A stretch of DNA of 64,000 bases from Lama guanicoe (lineage: Eukaryota): NCBI GenBank assembly GCA_013239625.1, contig MU054323.1, positions 20,419,082 through 20,483,081 on the forward strand, given 5' to 3'. The position numbers were made by a program, and so were the translations under genes. The notes under the pieces were generated by a model. It ran no database searches and was not told where the DNA came from. It was given only the letters and a program-made list of their open reading frames with translations. The first letter of the stretch is position 1; every line of letters begins with the position of its first letter. Of this stretch, positions 33,992 through 47,044 are shown piece by piece.

Positions 33992-36479
33992 GATCATTTG
34001 TCTTTCTAGTATCCCAACCCACTTTTATCTTCTTCCTTTCCTCCCACTGAGACCCAAACAAACATCTTGGTAAACAGACTCTCAGGCCACACTTTTAAAG
34101 AGACAGCGCATGCAGCCCGCTCTGTAAGAGACCCAGGACGAGATGGGCTGGGATCACTATGGGACACTCACAGGAAGAAGCTGACTTTAAGCCCTTTACA
34201 AAAAATTGCCTAGGAGATGCCTCTTCTTTCCCACGCCTCACTGGCAGACACAGACCAGGAGGAAATAGTTTGGGGTCTCATTGTAGCAGAGGTCTCCCTG
34301 AGTGGGACTGGTGAGGTTTGACTATAAGGCTGTTATTTTCTGTATATGATCTGAAAAGTATTCCTTTTCAGATTCCTTTCAAGTGTGCTTTTAAAAATAC
34401 ATATTTTCATTTCAAATCCCCCCACCCACCAGCATCAAACAAACACATCTCTGAAATGTTCATATCAAACGAAGAGAAAATGTGATCAGAGGGACAAACC
34501 TAGTTTGCACAGAACTTGCCTGGAACTTGGCTACTTTGTGACTTGAGGAGGCTCTGGTTTTAAATTGTTATCATTTATGTATTGCTGGATTGGTGCACTG
34601 AAGTCACTGTGGGGTGGGGGGAGCATGTGCGTGTGATTGTGTGTGGACTGGCATGTGCATGAGTCTACACGGGTACCAGATTGCTGCCTCGAGGGTCTCT
34701 GCCCTGAACAGGGATCTCCCCGGCACTGGGGATGTGGACAAGCTGAGGTCACTTCCCACCTGAGTTGTCAGGACTGTGAAAGGACTGGCAGTTCTTGGAG
34801 GAGGGGGCTGTGCTGTTTCCATCCCCTAAGTGGCCCAGCAGCCCAGGGAGGAAGGTGTCTCCCAGGCCCAGTGCAGCAGGCTGGGGGTGTGGGGGAGCTG
34901 AGAGCCTGCATTTGTAACAGCTCCCTGGCCAGGCTGAGCTGCTGGTCCCAGCCCACATCTGAGTAGCAGGCCCAGAGAGGTGGCAGTGGTCCTGCAGGGC
35001 CCCTTGTGACCTCTCCTCACCCCCTGCTTCGAGGGCTGGCCTCCACCCAGCACTGGCACTGCCATCAAGGCCCAGCTACTGACACTCCTAAACCATAGAC
35101 CTCTGTGGAACAAAGCCCAACTAAGGTGGCTTTTCCCCTTTAAGAGGATACATTCCTCAGCGGACGGTTGCCCCCAGGCCTCTCTCCCACTCCCACTTGG
35201 AAGCTAGGCAGAAAAACTGCCTGATGGGCAGGATTATGGGATTAGTCAACTTTCCCAAAACAGGCCCAGAGGCTCTGGGTCCGAAATGAGTTTTGGTCTG
35301 AGCCTTTCCCTGTGATTAGTGACAGATGTGTCCGTTGGTCGGCCCACCCTCCTCCCTCTCCCAGCCTTGCCTCTTCCCTTTGTGCTAGTAACTCACTCTG
35401 TTACCTTAATCACAGGCCCCAGAAATTTGGGGGAAACATGTTTCAGTGAAAACAGGCCCTATGGTTCAGTGGCCCAGGGCTCAGGAGGCAAGTATTACCT
35501 ATGGAACCAAAGGTCTGGCTATGCCAACCGGAGAGCGGCCCCCTTGAAGCCACCCAGAGGGGCCCAAGGGGCCTGTTAGGCTGTGATAGTCTGTGTCTGT
35601 TTCACTTCTGTCTCAGATTCCTGTCCCCGCTCACCGTCCCCTCTGTTTCTGGGCCCAGCCCCCAGGTCCCCCTGCACTCTAGGACAGGCTGGGCGGCCTG
35701 GCCCTCCTGAACCTGGGCCTGCCCTGCAGTCTCCATTTGTGAGCTGGCCTGTGCCAGTTCCAGAGCTGGTGTTTCCCAGGAAACCAGCTACTGAAGACCG
35801 CTCAGCTGAGGCCACCATGCTGGGACAGTCAGAAGTCTGAGGATGCTCCTGTGGACAGATTTGGGCTTGAATCTAAGTCAGGGAGGAAGCCTCTTACTGC
35901 CCTCCGTGGATCCAGAGGCCTCATCTGCACTTGGAGGTTCCTCGCAGAGAAAGCGTGCACTCACAGCTGGTGTCCCTAAGGGGCCTCTCCTTAGGGCTTT
36001 TTTCTCTGTGTGCAGGCTGGCGGCAAGGAAGTAACATTTGTTCTAATCATAACGCCTGTGATCCTGGAGTTAGCATCGCCCTCCTTTTAGCTCTTTGCCC
36101 CTTCCAAATCTCTTGGTGGAGCTGACCTGATAGTCTGTCTGGAAATGAGGCTCTCCTGCCATGTGATGGCCACTGGGACTGACTGAACTTGGCTCCTCTG
36201 GGCTGTTATATCCCAGGCCACACCCAGAATCCAGAGTCCTGGGCCCAGGCCAGATTCCAGATCATGGGAGGACCAAGCTCTGAGTTCAGGCAGAGCCCAG
36301 AGCTCTCATGACGCCAACTTCAGGCCGGGCTGGAACTGGGGACGAGGGCTGAGCCCTCAGTCTCTCTCAAGGGAAGGGCTGGTCCTGCTTTCAAGGGTAT
36401 AACATAACCTGCGAAGTAACTAGTTCTTTGGGGTAAAAGAAATAAGGCTCATTAAATATTAGAGCTGGACGGAAATGTG

Positions 36480-36655
36480 CAGATCTTCTAACTTTAGCTG
36501 GCATCAGAATCACCTGGAAGCCTTGCTAAAACACAGATTTCTGAGTCCAAACCGAGAGATTCTGATTCAGTAGGGGTGGGGCCTGAGAACTTGTTTTTCT
36601 AACAAGTTCTCGAGTGATGCTCGTGCTGAAGGGGACAGGTTTTGAGAAGCATGGT
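36480..36655. mobile_element. MER5A-like hAT-Charlie MITE
   Basis: gcatcagaatcacctggaag...gattctgattcagtagg...ggggcctgagaa...tctaacaagttc...tttgagaagc. Confidence 0.85.
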
Positions 36656-38964
36656 ACCAGCCCTCCTCTCTCACTTTACAATGTAGACACCAAGGCCTGG
36701 TGGGAAGCAGCAGCTTGAGCAAGGTTAGCAGTGGGTGATGGTGCAGCTGGGAGGGCAGGACTCACCTCCCTGGCAGGGGACGTCCTGCTGCCCAGCCCTG
36801 CCTCATGTCCTGAAGCCTGGGGTCACGCAGCTGGTAGCCTGCCCTCCCTGCTGGCTACCACGGCCCACTGGGCAGTTTAGTGCTGGCAGTGACTTAGAAT
36901 ATGGGATGGTGCCCATAGCACCCAGTTGGTGCTGGAGAGGGAAGTGGCATGTTTTGGCACATCCTGGCCTCCAGGCTAAAAACTGTTTATTTGGACAATT
37001 AAGAACACGACTTCGGCTGAACCACAAAATCAGACGGAAACCTTTATCTTGGGTGGCACAATCTTGGTTTCCTCCCAGGCCCTTGCAGGCTGTGGATTGG
37101 GGGCCCCCCGGACGGGGTGCATCTGGGAATGATTCCAGGGGCTCTGGCCTCCATGCTGGGGCTCAGTGGAGGGGGTCTGGAGCAAGCCTTCTCAGTCACC
37201 CTTGGTGCTGAAGGGATGGGAAGAGGAGTCTTAGGAGGGAACCATAGCTCTTTAATCAGGGACACTGGGGCCTTTGGGGTCCCTTGAAGTAAGTTTGGGT
37301 TTTTTTCTGCAGTTGGCCTTGAGACTCAGTATCTCCTGGACCGTCTTCTGTTATCCCAGAAATCTCTGTCTCTACTTATCTCTGTGTCCTTCCCCAGTCA
37401 AGAAAGCTCACATCTCCCATCCCCACTCCAGCACAGCAGGGGCCCTTGGCTCTGGCCCCACCTGGTCCCCCTTTCAGTCCTCATCTCACTGGGTGTTCTT
37501 GGGCCTCTGTCACAACAAGGGGCTCATGGTTAGGTAAGTCAGGTGTTTGCTTATAACCCGCCTTGAAGTTTAAGCTTCTCCCAAAACAAAACCCAAGAAT
37601 CAGCCTCCCCCAGGGGGCCTGAGAGGAGCCAGCCCACTCCAGCCACAGCTGGTCACGGCTGGCCACTGTACTGAGACACAGTCTCATGACTGGGTGCTTG
37701 GGGGGTGCTCTGTATGCAATGGTCACCACGGGCTCGCTCCCCAGGCTGCTCTCCCTCACCCACTCCCCCTGCGGCAGCAGTGCTCTCAGACCTTCTAGGC
37801 TCTACCACTGGGTCCCTGCAGACATGGATAGGACTTGTTTCTAGAACCTCAGCTTTCAAGTTCCTACATCTTATTCTGTTTCTAAATGACTCACGTTTGT
37901 CAGTCTCATCTCTTTGTATCAGCATGTTGTAAAGCCTTTCAGAGGCGGGAACTGGATCTCCTGCCCATCCCAAGCTCCATTCACCGGCCCCCTTGCTTCC
38001 ATGACCCACCTGGAGTCTGGGTTGGGGCCAATGAGTGATTTTGGCATTCACCACCGTGGCTAATGATCCTTGTCACTGGGTGTATGTGTAAGGGCTGGCG
38101 GGTGGGGGCCCTGGAGCATGTCTGACCTCAGTCTGCCTCAGCAGCTACCCTGGGATGCAGCCCCCTCCACCGGCCCCCCACACACCCTGGGGATGGGTGC
38201 AAGGCGGAGGGCTGGGAGGCCAGAGGGTGATGGCTCCCTTCGGAAAGTGCCTTCTCACACTCGGCCCAGTGTGGATTCCAGTGAAGAGGTGGAGGGCAGG
38301 CATCTCGATGGAAACAGGTCAAATTCCCAATCTGTTTCTCCATCCTGACTCCATTCCCAATTTTTTAAACAAGAAGCACAGCAAGGAAAATAAGCTTGCC
38401 TGGGGCTGAGCTGAGGGTTGGGGAAGTCAACAGTCCAGGGAGGTGAAAATTAGGCAAGAGTGTAAAGAATTCTGCGTTATTTCAAAATTGGTCAATTGCT
38501 TCCATACTCCTACAGATTGGAAAAGAGGACATGGTTGACATGGTTGGGGAAATGGAATTATAATGAGGGACGAGAGAAGAGACAGCAAAACACCATGTAA
38601 ACTTGGGAAGGATACCCTGGGCTGCCTGTTAGCCTGCCAGGCTGGACCCTGGGCAGCTTGGAGGTTTGGGCTGTGAGAAGGTGCTTTCTCCTGGGCCTGG
38701 CCCTCACCATGCCCCACTTCCCGGAGGCCTTAGAGATGGAGGAGGCCTACCTGAGATTGGGGGCTGCAGCTCGGAGGTAGGGAAGGAGGGACAGGGGACT
38801 GAGGACTCGCCCTCCAGGAAGGAGACGAGTGAAAAAGAGGGGAGATGGCTGTGGTTCTTGTCCTGTGACTGTTACCCTCAGTAGATCCCCTCCTCTTGTC
38901 AAGCTTTGGGGGAAGAGGCCAGACTGCAGGGCTGGCTGGCAATGAGAATCACTCCTGTTTACCA

Positions 38965-39150
38965 GTGAGTGCTGCGCCCCAGGCACTGGGCTTCGTGCTT
39001 CACACAAGTTATTTCATTGAATCACTACAACACCCTCACGAGATGGGGATTGTCCCCCTTCTAGAGAAGGGGAAACCATCTCAGGCCACGGAGCTTGCTC
39101 AAGGTCACACAGTTTTTAACCGGCAGAGCAGGGGCCTGATGGAAAAGCCT
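38965..39150 (-). mobile_element. MIR SINE
   Basis: tatttcattgaatcactacaacaccct...cttgctcaaggtcacacag. Confidence 0.65.
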
Positions 39151-39789
39151 TCTTTCCAGTCCCCTATTACCCCACTGGGCCATGACCCTCCAGTGGGTTC
39201 AGCCTGCCCAGAGAGAGCCCGTCTAGGGCTGGCTGGGTCGTGGACTGTCTCGGGGCCCTGCTCGCTTTCTCCAGGGCAGTGTGGGATGGAGCGCCCGGGC
39301 TCTGAAGGCCCTCCTGGCTTCCTTTAGAGGCAGTGCTGCCCCCCCCGCGGAGCCCAGCCCACATGCGTCACCCAAGCAGGCCTGACTCTTCACCAAAGGT
39401 GCGAACATGCCTGGGTGTTGGGACCGGAATGAGACACTTTCATGGGCAAGTTGGAATCCGTCTGTGAGCAGCAAATTGCCCCAGTCCCTGGGGCCATTTT
39501 CCACCGTAATCTGAACGACTGTGCAGATCCCCAGGGCAGTGGGCACTTCCAGGGCAACAGGAAGGCTTGCGGAGCTCTGCCAGGGCTGGGCCTGCAGGGA
39601 GCCGGAGCTCTGGCCCACCTCCTGCCCTCCTACCCCTAGCAGCCTCAGCACCCGGAGTCCTGCCTTCCTCCTTGAGAGCCTGTTCTGGGCTTCTAGGGCC
39701 TGCGTTCCCCCGACTGTCCTCAGACGACTGAGCCGGCTGCTTCCTGCCTCCTTCTGGCTACTTATTCTCCTGCCCTCTTCCGGGTTCTA

Positions 39790-40520
39790 GTTAAGGGCTC
39801 CCTCCTGGGGGGTGTCATCTGTGCCCACAGCCTCAGGAATCATGCTACACGTATGACCTCGGAGCTGTGTCTCCAACCCTGACTGCTCTCCCATGTCTGC
39901 CTGCAGGATTCTTCACAAGGGTGTCCCCCAGGCACCACAAACACATGCTGTCCAACCCGAACTCACCCTCCCCTTGTCCTCCACCCCACCCCACCCCACC
40001 AGAGGGCCCAGAACCTCTACCGGAGTTGCCTTTGGCACCTCTCTCTCCCTAGTCTCCTGCTAGGAGTCCTGCTTCGAGACCCCAGAGCTCACATCTTCAT
40101 CTTCCCGTCTCTATCCCTCTCAAAATCCCACGTACTGAATCATTTTTTGCAAGAGCTTCCCGAATGTCTTTCCCGCTTTCAGTCATGTAGTTCCTGAACA
40201 GTCATTCCAAACCCAGGCCCAGAGTTTGTTACTTCCCCACACTCTCCATGGCTCCCCAGTGCCTCCCTCTAAAATACCCTCAAACATCTTTAACAGAGAT
40301 TCACAGTCCCCTCCTTGAGTCGACTCCCAACCCTGCTCTCTAGCCTGGTTGTCCACTCTTGTGCCTTAGAGCCCGTGTGTTGCAACTATTCCAGACTCCT
40401 CAAATCAGCCTTGCTCTTACTGACTCCATGACGTGGCTCCCACGTGCCTTCTGCTTGGCATGGACGGTCCTGCCTCTGCCCATCACAATCCTACCCTTTG
40501 TTCAAGACCAGCCTAGACAC
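39790..40520 (+). mobile_element. L2 LINE fragments
   Basis: tgtccaacccgaactca, catggctccccagtgcc, ctttgttcaagacc: C/T-rich L2 sense signature. Confidence 0.55.
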
Positions 40521-40554
40521 CGAACACCCAAACCCAAACAGTGGAACAAGGAAG

Positions 40555-40730
40555 CTAGAGCCAGACTGACTTGGTTGAAGACCCAGTTCTACTACTTTTA
40601 TTGTTTGACCTTTTGTTACTTAACCCTTTTGTGCCTTGGTTTAATCATCTATAAAATGATAATAGTAGTAGCACTTGCCTCATTGGGTATTTGGAGATTA
40701 AGTGAGGCCTGACACGTGGTCAACACTTTA
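40555..40730 (+). mobile_element. MIR SINE
   Basis: ctagagccagactg...tgacctt..gttacttaaccctt ttgtgcctt...atctataaaatgataatagtagtagcacttgcctcattggg. Confidence 0.75.
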
Positions 40731-41269
40731 TGTGTCAACTATATTAACCCAGATTATTGAGCCTCCTCTGACCCCCCAGGGCCAGTCTTCGTACTTCCAT
40801 AGCATTTTCACTGACGTTGCTGGTAGCGCTCACCACATTTGCCTGGTTGTGGAGTTAGCATTCTTTGATGGCAATTGGGCAGTTGTCTAGAAACCCACTG
40901 GGGCAAACAAGGGGATTTTTTATCACAAGGACCTGGTGGGTCTTATAGCACCCAAGGGCAGGGATGCTGCAGCCCCTCAGGGAGTCCTGGCAGTGGCAGC
41001 TGGAAGCACTGCTTGGGCCACATTCTCTTTGAGAACATCCACTGAAGTATTTCCTTTGTAGACCGTAGCCGTGAAGACTCGGCTGAAATCCGCTGCCCAC
41101 AGCCCTGGAGGGTACATGCCACTGTCCAACACAGTCAGTTGGAATCTCTGTTGGTCCCAGTTTAGGAGCTATGACTAACTTCTCTTGGGTGAGGGTCGGG
41201 GGAGAGGTCATGTTACACAGGATTACTGCTGGGGGTGCCCCACTATAGGAGAGGAGATGAATTTATGGG

Positions 41270-41835
41270 GATCCATGCCATAGACTACAAATTGATCCCC
41301 GGATATGTTCCCCAACTTCCTTAGTAAAAGAGCTCCCAGTTCTTTTATCTTGCCCTGAATAAAGACTACATTTTCCAGCCTCCCTTGTGGTTGGATATGG
41401 CCATGTGACCAAGGTCTGGCCAAAATGTCATGAAAGAGCAGGGAGTGTCCTCCTTAGCTTCTTCCTAGTAGCTGGACTCTGGAGCCAGACTGAGTTGAAA
41501 TCCTGGCCCTGCCCCCCAGGAGTGTGACCTTCGACAAGTTACTTAATCCTTTTGTGCCACAGTTTTCTTAGCAGTAAACAGAGGGAAAAAATAATATTGC
41601 CATAATAGGGCTCTCGTGAGGATTCCACGAGTTGATATTTGAAGAGCGATTAGAATGGTTCCCGCCACATAATGTGTGCTCCATATGTGTGGCTCTGGTG
41701 AAGAAGAGGATGACCAGGCTGGAGCCTGAGTGACACGTTAGATAACCATACGTTGAGGGTGGCCTGGACCCTTAGCACTCACTGAGACACAAACACCAGC
41801 TTGGACTGCTTGCCTCCTGACTTTGATTATGGAAA
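41270..41835 (+). mobile_element. MLT1 LTR interrupted by a MIR (~41476-41690)
   Basis: gactacattttccagcctcccttg...ggccatgtgaccaaggtctggccaa, then MIR (ctctggagccagact...gtgaccttcgacaagttacttaatc), then MLT1 resumes (gctggagc...ggactgcttgcctcctgactt). Confidence 0.65.
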
Positions 41836-41851
41836 AGGAAAGTGGTGGAGT

Positions 41852-41926
41852 GGGCGGGGTACAGCTCAGTGGCAGAGGGCATGCTTAGCATGCACAAGGT
41901 CCTGGGTTCAATCCCCAGTGCCTCCA
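41852..41926 (+). pseudogene. tRNA-Ala(AGC)-like SINE head / tRNA pseudogene without tail
   Basis: GGGCGGGGTACAGCTCAGTGGCAGAGGGCATGCTTAGCATGCACAAGGTCCTGGGTTCAATCCCCAGTGCCTCCA. A and B boxes and anticodon AGC are present, but the acceptor and anticodon stems are mispaired. Confidence 0.8.
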
Positions 41927-42264
41927 TGCAGCCTGATGTAAGTGATGTTCAAGCACACACCCCGTCCACTGTGTCATGTTGTGTTCCCTCGGGACCATGT
42001 CTTACTGTGCTTATCAGGTTGTACATCCCTTCAAGACAGGGTTGGCTCCCATGCTGTCTTTGTGTCTTTTATACTCTGTAAAATCCTGTTCACAACAGGT
42101 GTTCAGTAAGTAAGAATTGAAAAAGTGGAAGAGTGATGCTAAAAATTGTTGTTCTGGTTAGGTAGACTCTGTCTTTGTTCTGAAACACCTCGAGGACTCT
42201 TTGTGCTGGCTGCGTGCAGAAAACTGGTGCGAATACGAAGAACAACGTTGATCCAGGGTGATGC

Positions 42265-42450
42265 CTGGCGTTCCAAGTGCTTCAAGTGCTTTCTGTGTTT
42301 TAACCCTCATGATAACCCTGATAAGTACTCTCATCAGCCTCTTGTTACAAATGAGGAAACTGGGCTTCAGAGGGTTGGAGGTCAAGGTCTTAGATCCAAC
42401 CATAGAGCCAGAACTCGGACTCGGGCAGCTGGACTCCAGAGCCCAGGAAC
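42265..42450 (-). mobile_element. MIR SINE
   Basis: tttaaccctcatgataaccctg...ttacaaatgaggaaactgggcttcagaggg...ggactccagagccca. Confidence 0.75.
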
Positions 42451-44809
42451 TCAACAATTTTGCTGTGAAGCTTTCTAAGGGCTTTTCTCCTGTGAGCCCT
42501 TTGGAAAAGAGATTGAGATTATGCAGGAGCTGTTCAGGCCAACAAGGACACATTCCTTCCGAGAGACCTTGCTTCTCTTTACACTTGGAGGTTTGGTTGG
42601 AGGGCTGAGCTTCAGGGAGATCGAAGGGAGAAGGTCAGAGTTTTCCTGAGTCAGTGGGTGAAGATCCATACCCACCCTGCCCCCCTGGACCAACTCAACC
42701 TCCCTCCTCTCTGAACTGCCGAGGCATCTTTGTGGACATGACTAGCCACCGGTCGAACTGGCTAATTGGTGGCAAAACAGTGGCAGAGTTTGTCTTCATT
42801 TGCCCCTGTTTGCCTATTCTTTGATTGTCACCACCTTATGCCTTATTAGGGACCTCACATGTTATCTCAGCGAGGGAAGCTTCATTCCCTTCATGAAAAT
42901 GAAGAACAAAAAACTTAGTCGCCCCCTCACAAGTGAACATTTCATGGTGAGATTTTAGGCAACAGAGATTCTGGGGCTGAACTTTCTGTAGCCTCTCAGA
43001 TCACTATTGTTGACTTCTCCTGTCCCTTCCCTTCGTCCTCCTTCCTCTCTTTCTTTTTTCTAAGCCATTTTGCATCCCACTCTCTTATTCCTGACCCCAG
43101 AGCCGACATGTCCTTTGTGGTCCACTTCCAGTCCCCTTGTCCAGGAGGCCTGCTCTACCTATTCAGATGCACAGCGGCCATCCCTGTCACTGGCCACCCC
43201 GGCTCAGGGTTCTGTAGCACCTCCGGTCTGGGGTGCACGCATTAGTGCCCCTTCATGTACTGGGCCAGTCTGCCAGCTGCTGCTTACAAAGTCTTCAATT
43301 TTGTTAAACCTTTTGCTCTCCGAGCACCAAGGCCACATGGAACTGCCCTGGATGCTGCTGCAGGAATTTCTACTCTGGGAAGTCATTTTACAGCAATCTC
43401 TTAACGCTCTTTCTGCCCTGAGATTTAAAGTTTCTCTACTTGTCCTCTCATTTCCCCCATGGTGCCCGATTCAGTGTTGGGTGACGGGTAAGTGCTTGGG
43501 AAGGATTTATTGAGCTGTTAAGGCTTCCCCTTTCTGAAGGCAAACATGAAGGTTCGTTGAGGCAATGGTGGGAAAGCTCTCCTGTTTTCAAAGCTCTCCC
43601 AACAAGGAGGACTCTCCCAGGCAGTGCACTTTCAGGATTTGGGGACCAGTGCTTTTTGTGGCCACCTGCTCTGGGTTGTGCCACAGTGGATGCTCTGGTG
43701 CCCTGCCTCTGGTCTGGCTGGCCTTCTCACTCCTCTGGATCCAGTCTCTGGGCCTATCTTCTGGCCTGAGCAGGAAACCACAGCCAGCCCCTCCTGAAAT
43801 GACTCAACATCCAACTTGGACTTAGCTCCAGCCCCTCCCACCAGCTTCAGGCGGCCAGTCCCATAGGACCAGGCCAGGACCACAGGACCCAGCTTTTCTC
43901 AGAAAGATCCCGCTAACATCCAGGGATAGCCATGCCAGAAATTCTGCAAAATGCAAGTGCAAGCACTTTCAAGCCATGGCTTCATGTTTCACGTCCCCAC
44001 GGCCTCATTCCGCCAAACTCCATATTGCCCAGATGGAGTGAGTTCATCTCAGACTACAGCACATGTTTCTCCTGTGACTCTCCCTAGGACTCAGGCCTAT
44101 AACCACTAGGAAGCTGCTTGCGATGGGGCTGCGGGAGGGAGGCAGAGGGATTGGAGCCAGGGTAGAGCATCCTGCCCTGCTGGAGCCTGGCCTCTGATCC
44201 CAGCATCCCTGGAAAACATGGGCCCTCAGGGAGCCTACTCTAGACAAAGCCAGAGGAGATGTTTGGATCTGGGTTCTAGTTTGTACTGTGACCTGGTGTT
44301 CAAAGGTCCTCTGGTACCCTGGGAGATGGTACCCATGCTCCCAGCATTCAACTCATTGCCTCCCTACCTGCCTCTCCTCTCCAACTCCCCAACACTCTGT
44401 CCACGGGGTGGAATGAATGGAGGTGTGACTGAAGATACAGGTGGAAACAATGACACCTCCTTCCTATCTGCTTGAGACCCCAAGGCCATTGCATCTTGCC
44501 AGGAATAAGGGAGTTGTTCCTCCCTTAGCACATTGAATCCACTGCCTGGAATGGCCTCGGTGCCCTCACCCCATCCACATCCTCCCTCTGCTTCAGGGTG
44601 GGGCCCAGTCCTGCAGTCACCATCCGCCTTCCCTACCCTGAAACCCTCAGGGACCTCTTTTTCTCCTTTGAGCCCTTAACTCTTGACGTCTGCATGTCTC
44701 TCATGTGGTATCAATCCACACTCAACATTGTGACGTTGTTTATTGTCTTGTGCATCTACGAAGTGTTTTGTGTGTTTATTTTTCATCCACTTTCCACACG
44801 TCTTACACC

Positions 44810-45095
44810 AGCTCTGTCCAGTTGAAGTAGGACATGAGCTGCATATGTCATTTAAAAATTTCCAGTAGACACTTTAACAAAGTACTAAGAAACAATCAGC
44901 TTTGGTTTTAAAGATGTATTTTGTTTAACTCAGTTTATCAAAAATACATGGAAACAATATGAAAATTATCAATGAGATATTTCACATTTTGGAGGCTACA
45001 AAGTCTTCAAAGTCTTGTGTGTATTTTCATTTATACCACACGTCAGTTTGGCTACTAAATTTTCACAGAAAATTCTTGATCTGTATTTAAATCAG
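44810..45095. mobile_element. MER33-like hAT-Charlie element
   Basis: cagctctgtcca...tttaaaaatttccagtag...aaaattatcaatgagatattt...gtcttcaaagtcttgtgtgtatttt. Confidence 0.7.
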
Positions 45096-47044
45096 TAAGA
45101 ATTTAATTTACTAAATTAAATAATAATTTAATTACTAACTTAATAACGATCTCTCCTTTTCTTCCAAATATGACAAATACTGGACCTGAGCTTCTCCTTT
45201 CCAAGATGGACCCATACAGCCAAGGGGATTCTGGGAATTGTAGTTCCCAGTTTCTCTCAGTGCCACAGACAAGACTTTAGAAAGGGGTGGGGGTGATGTT
45301 GCACTGACAATAGAGGCTCTGCCAGTTATTCTACTAGATGAGAGCTCCTGGGAGTCAGGGGAAGGAGTTGCCAGGTGTGAGGAGCTGCAGAAGCAGAACA
45401 CACACAGGGAAAGGAGGCAGTAAACAGAGCAGGGACCCAGGGTAACAAGAGGAGAGGAGTTTCTGGTGGTGGGAGGGGAAGTAAAGAAGGAAGAGGATGG
45501 AAGGAGGAGAGCAGTGGGTCTCTGTGGGGCTCCTAAATTGTCTGGGCATCCAGATGCTCCAGGGTCATAAGGTGGCCAGGCCTGCATCTCAATGACACCC
45601 ACATGCCTGGGGGTGGGGCAGGGGGTACGGTGCTCACAGTTGCCCCTCCCCCTGACTCTAGGTGCTAAGATTTGCTGGGATAAGGTGGTTCCTTCCAAGA
45701 TCTCACATACTCTGTGAACTTAAAGGCCACAGGAATCCCATCTCCTCCAAAAAGTCTTCCCAGTCAATCTCCCTTCAGCCCGAACCCCTTACTTTGACAC
45801 TTGCTCACACCTTCACTGTCATGGCTTGTTTGCTGCTCTGCATGTGCTGTGTCCCCCACATGTCCCCCATGTAGCCCTTAGGCATCAGAGGCCAAGCCGT
45901 CTCCAGATCTCACACAATCCTGGAAGGTGCTCCATACATCTGGGCTGGACTGAGTTGGGGCAGAGGCCAGAAGGAAAGGTTGGCAGGCATCAGCAGAGCC
46001 ACCGATGGGCAAGGCTCTGGAAGAAGGAGCAAAATTTATCTAGAGCCACTTCTCTTCATCCCCTAAGGCAGTCAACCCAAATGAGGGAACTAGGGGAGCA
46101 AACCTCTCTGAAGGAAGTCAGAGATCAACTGGAATGAATCCTCAGGCTGTTGAAAAGAGTTATGCAAACAAAACTTGGTGGAGGGGAATGGAAGGGGGTG
46201 GTCCTGGTTGTCATAGCGCTAAGGGACTGGGTTACACCCACCAGGGCCGAAGCAGGGGTGAGGCTCTGAGAAGGAAATTTAGTTAAACAGTCAATTCCTC
46301 TCCTAGAGAGAGGCCCCCCACAGCACTGGGACAACTGTCCAGTAACAAGGACCACCCACCGATTGAGGACACCAGCTTCTGACCAGGGAATGAGCCCTTA
46401 CCTATCTTTCTAGATATTTACTCCTGAAACTGGAGGCACCCATGACCTCTGTTCCTTCTCAAGGGCTTTAGGGCTGGGCTCCATTTATGGTCTAGAGCCC
46501 AACTAGTCCATCACCATCATCTTACAAATGAGGAAACCAAAGTGAATTCAGGGTCAGGTTCAAGGTAGGGTCTACTGTTCTGGTTCCTCCCAAAGGCTTT
46601 TCCTTCTTGCTTTGGTCCTTCTTACTGGTCTCACCTCATGTATTCTCTCATCCTCCCAGAACTGAGGTCTTTTTTTTCTGATATTCCATCCTCCGAAGAG
46701 ATAGCATTGCCTGTTGTTTATGTATTTTTAGCAGCATCAGAGGAATTGAGTGTCTGGTGCATCTGAGGGCCTTATGCATGGTTAGTGAGGTCTCATCTAA
46801 TCTTGGGTGCGAAGCACACATGAGACAGAAAATCAGACCCTCTGGGCCTGTTGAGCCATCCAGACATCCAAACTCAGACCATGGTGTTTGAAGCAACGAA
46901 GTAGGGTTGATTTGACAAGGCTTGTCCCTGGATTCTGTCCACCCTGCAACCCTGACTTTGTGCTTGCAATTCGAGTGTCTGGCACCAGATGGCAGTGTTG
47001 CTCTGTTATGATTTTTTGACAACTGTACTGAGAAAGGTAAATTT

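Noticed and set aside
33740..34073. Poly-Phe/Ser/Lys ORFs
   Set aside because: Translations of the (TTC)n/poly(T) microsatellite.
37500..37540. Exon ending at the strong donor TAG/GTAAGT (~37533)
   Set aside because: No convincing upstream acceptor or recognisable reading frame. Isolated donor consensus sequences are common by chance.
41852..41926. Functional tRNA-Ala(AGC) gene
   Set aside because: C1:C72 mismatch, C at position 8, two anticodon-stem mismatches, no oligo-T terminator. It matches the SINE head seen three other times in the window.
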